Notes under the pieces: generated by a model
Database searches by the model: none
What the model saw: only the letters and a program-made list of their open reading frames with translations
Told to the model about the DNA's origin: nothing
Made by a program: the position numbers and the translations under genes
From: Sedimentisphaerales bacterium
GTDB taxonomy: Bacteria; Planctomycetota; Phycisphaerae; Sedimentisphaerales; SM23-30
Length of the DNA: 64,000 nt
Assembly: GCA_963663805.2 (NCBI GenBank)
Contig: CAXXMR010000009.1
Coordinates: forward strand, 320,001 to 384,000
Direction: 5' to 3'
In this document: positions 61,816-64,000 of the stretch, piece by piece
Numbering within the stretch: position 1 is the first letter of the stretch
Layout of the letters: every line of letters begins with the position of its first letter

Positions 61816-63372
61816 TCAAGGGGTGATGCTGTTGTCTTGCATCCAATACTCTGCCATGGTTGCGAAATCTGTCAGGTCAACCTTGCAATCATCGTTGCTA
61901 TCAAATTCCAGACCGCCGCACTGCCAATCCGTCAGAGATGCGATACCTGCCTGGTAGTTTGCCAGAACTTCATCCGCATAGAGCAAACGGTCGTACACTC
62001 GCACCAAAGCGACTTCGGCGATAAGACTTTGGTCACTGCGGAACGTACCAATCTGCGGAGCGACCTGCGGGAAGTAGAAATCGTCTATAGCACTTGCCGC
62101 CAGTGTACGCACGCCGTGGGTGTCCTTAATACCGTTTACATACCAGTCATGGTTAATGCTGATTTGACTAGAGGAGTTGTATTCAGCTGCGTATTTCACA
62201 AATACAATTTGGGTCCATTCGGTTGTGCTGTAGTCATTGACAAATGATCCCAGGTAATGTAACGTGCCCGTCAGTGCGGTTTCAGCGGTTTCGTTGTCAC
62301 GCTGCAGGAATGCCGGAGCCCATTTGCCCGAAGTATTGCAGCGTACCCCAAAACGCCAGCCGGTTTCAGCACCATCGACATTGCCGATGATAATGCTCTT
62401 GATCTTGCTGTTCGGGATTAACGCCGGAACCCGTACCCAAGCTTCGATGGTACACCAGCCGGTATCGACGACACTAAAGTCAGAATAATCGCCAATATTG
62501 ACGACCTGGTCATAACCACCGGCCGGGGGATAGAAACGATAGAACCAGTTATAAGTATCATCGCCGTTATCTTCAACGTTCAGGGCCGGACTGTCAATCA
62601 GCTCGCCTGTGCCGGAACCGATAATCGGCGGCCAGTAATAATCCGCCATATCGCCGGCGTGAGCTGCGTTAATTTCAAAAATTAGATTGTCTGAGATAAC
62701 AGCCTTGCTGAATTTTCTATCGGTTGGTGTGAACGAGGCATCATCAGTCCAGCAAATGGCATCGATACGGGCATTGCCGCTGTTGCCTTCGCGTTCATTG
62801 ATACGAAAAACAATCTTACCTTCACTGTCAACCGCAAATTCCTTGGGTACCCCACCCGAAGAAGCATCAATACCAATCCAGCGCCACATGCCCGGCCCCA
62901 CCGCTTCGGCGGTTGCCAGGTCATTGCAGAGCATATCATCGGCATCATCAACCCCGGCAATCGCCGTGTCATACCAGGTCGCACCCGAGCCGTCGCCCGA
63001 ATCACCTTTGACCAGCAGGAAATCAGCTTCCTCGGCATCGACCACCGGCTGATTCACCCGAACCCAGCAATACCAGGTTCCCGTCAAATCAACATTCGGG
63101 TCGCTGACAACCTGAGTATCAGCCGAATCAATTGAATACTCCGCCCACCACTGGTCGATGGTGGTTCTATCTGAGTAGTCCGGGAAATACAAGGCCGAGC
63201 CGCTGGGGTTCAGGGCCTCCTCATCTACCACAAATTCCGTGGTCTTACTGTCGAAGTTCTCAGCTTCTACCCAGATCTGGGTATTGGTCACGCTGTCATG
63301 GGTAACCCAGAAATCCGAGCCGTAAGACACTGCCGCCAGCAGGCAAATAATGATAATTACATTTCTACTCAT
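61816..63372 (-). CDS. Secreted CBM-like + LamG + dockerin-like protein, paralog of 3801-5381
   Basis: Shares IW.EAE, SGSALYF, QWW.EYSIDSA, WYCWVRVNQP, VKGDSGDGSG, KIVFRINERE, RIDAICWTDDA.F with 3801-5381. Confidence 0.85.
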   Translation of the reverse strand: MSRNVIIIICLLAAVSYGSDFWVTHDSVTNTQIWVEAENFDSKTTEFVVDEEALNPSGSALYFPDYSDRTTIDQWWAEYSIDSADTQVVSDPNVDLTGTWYCWVRVNQPVVDAEEADFLLVKGDSGDGSGATWYDTAIAGVDDADDMLCNDLATAEAVGPGMWRWIGIDASSGGVPKEFAVDSEGKIVFRINEREGNSGNARIDAICWTDDASFTPTDRKFSKAVISDNLIFEINAAHAGDMADYYWPPIIGSGTGELIDSPALNVEDNGDDTYNWFYRFYPPAGGYDQVVNIGDYSDFSVVDTGWCTIEAWVRVPALIPNSKIKSIIIGNVDGAETGWRFGVRCNTSGKWAPAFLQRDNETAETALTGTLHYLGSFVNDYSTTEWTQIVFVKYAAEYNSSSQISINHDWYVNGIKDTHGVRTLAASAIDDFYFPQVAPQIGTFRSDQSLIAEVALVRVYDRLLYADEVLANYQAGIASLTDWQCGGLEFDSNDDCKVDLTDFATMAEYWMQDNSITP

Positions 63373-63834
63373 GGGATTCTCCTTTTCTGTTACATCGGTA
63401 ATAGTTTCGCCATTCTTTGGCCAGTCTCAATATACAAATATTATCGACCCTTATTCAATGCACTTTTTGTTCGTTTTTTTGACTATTCCTTTTAAGTTGA
63501 AATTGGCTCAACTTGCCCCACAATCCGTAATAATTGAGCTAACGCAGGGTGAGACGCTTGTAACATGCTGTTTTGCAGTATGTAATGATTTATTCGCGAT
63601 AATGAGGGTTTGGTTTTGGGTAATTGCGAAGATATTGATTTAGTTTATCCTTTCACGATTTAGTACTATCGCCCTGGCTGGTACGCGGGGGGAATTTATC
63701 GGGTCAATTCAAAAGTAAAGGTCAAAAGCTAAGGAGCAATATATATTGTTTTTTTCCCCGATTGGGCTTAATTTGACTGGAAAGCACCTGCCATGTGCGA
63801 ATTAACAGCATCTTTTTCTGGAAAGGCTCGATTT

Positions 63835-64000
63835 ATGAAAAAAAGTATCCTTATTCTGATAGTTCTTTGTTTGGCCAATTCTTTTAGCTGGGCCGATAAA
63901 CCCCCTTATAAAGTTCTGTATAGCAATGACACCACCAATATTCTCACCGCCGAAAGCCCTTTCCACAAAGAAGGCCAACCTATCAACATGGGTATGCTCG
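63835..64000 (+). CDS. N-terminus of a third secreted 'NDTTN' TIM-barrel glycosidase-like protein (partial)
   Basis: Manual translation MKKSILILIVLCLANSFSWADKPPYKVLYSNDTTNILTAESPFHKEGQP matches APFKVIYSNDTTNVYSCTSPYH of 58018-60570. Confidence 0.8.
   Translation, partial: MKKSILILIVLCLANSFSWADKPPYKVLYSNDTTNILTAESPFHKEGQPINMGML

Noticed and set aside
1..64000. tRNA, rRNA, known riboswitches, prophage or defence systems
   Set aside because: None recognised by eye; a covariance-model search would be needed to exclude divergent RNAs.

Overview
Bacterial chromosome window. The gene repertoire (prepilin/DUF1559-type proteins, PEP-CTERM, single dockerin-like C-termini, an N-terminally extended sigma-70) points to a planctomycete, probably Phycisphaerae/Sedimentisphaerales; this is an inference. 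Contents from left to right: (1) 1-7.5 kb, a LacI-controlled locus with a prepilin-like protein, a secreted LamG/dockerin protein and a 3xLamG + TIM-barrel glycosidase-like protein. (2) 8-22.3 kb, a fructan/fructoside utilisation locus (GH172, fructokinase, sugar ABC transporter, two GH32, prepilin-like protein, secreted dockerin protein, AraR-like regulator). (3) 22.5-29.4 kb, a 5'-truncated, broken RHS polymorphic toxin with a PD-(D/E)XK-like tip, an internal dockerin-like insert and an immunity candidate. (4) 29.6-43.1 kb, housekeeping genes (waaA, folE, pepA, RNase HII-like, sigma factor) plus a complete IS4-family element with 26-bp TIRs and a 9-bp TSD. (5) 43.3-54.2 kb, a GntR-controlled sugar(-acid) catabolic operon that unexpectedly contains an M55 D-aminopeptidase. 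(6) 54.3-64 kb, an AraC-associated locus paralogous to locus 1. The most interesting signal is a recurring glycan-capture cassette without SusC/D: regulator + prepilin-like protein + secreted LamG proteins ending in either a half-dockerin or PEP-CTERM + an uncharacterised 'NDTTN' TIM-barrel family. Nine frameshifts are single extra bases in short homopolymers and are most likely sequencing errors. All family assignments come from motif recognition by eye, not from database searches.
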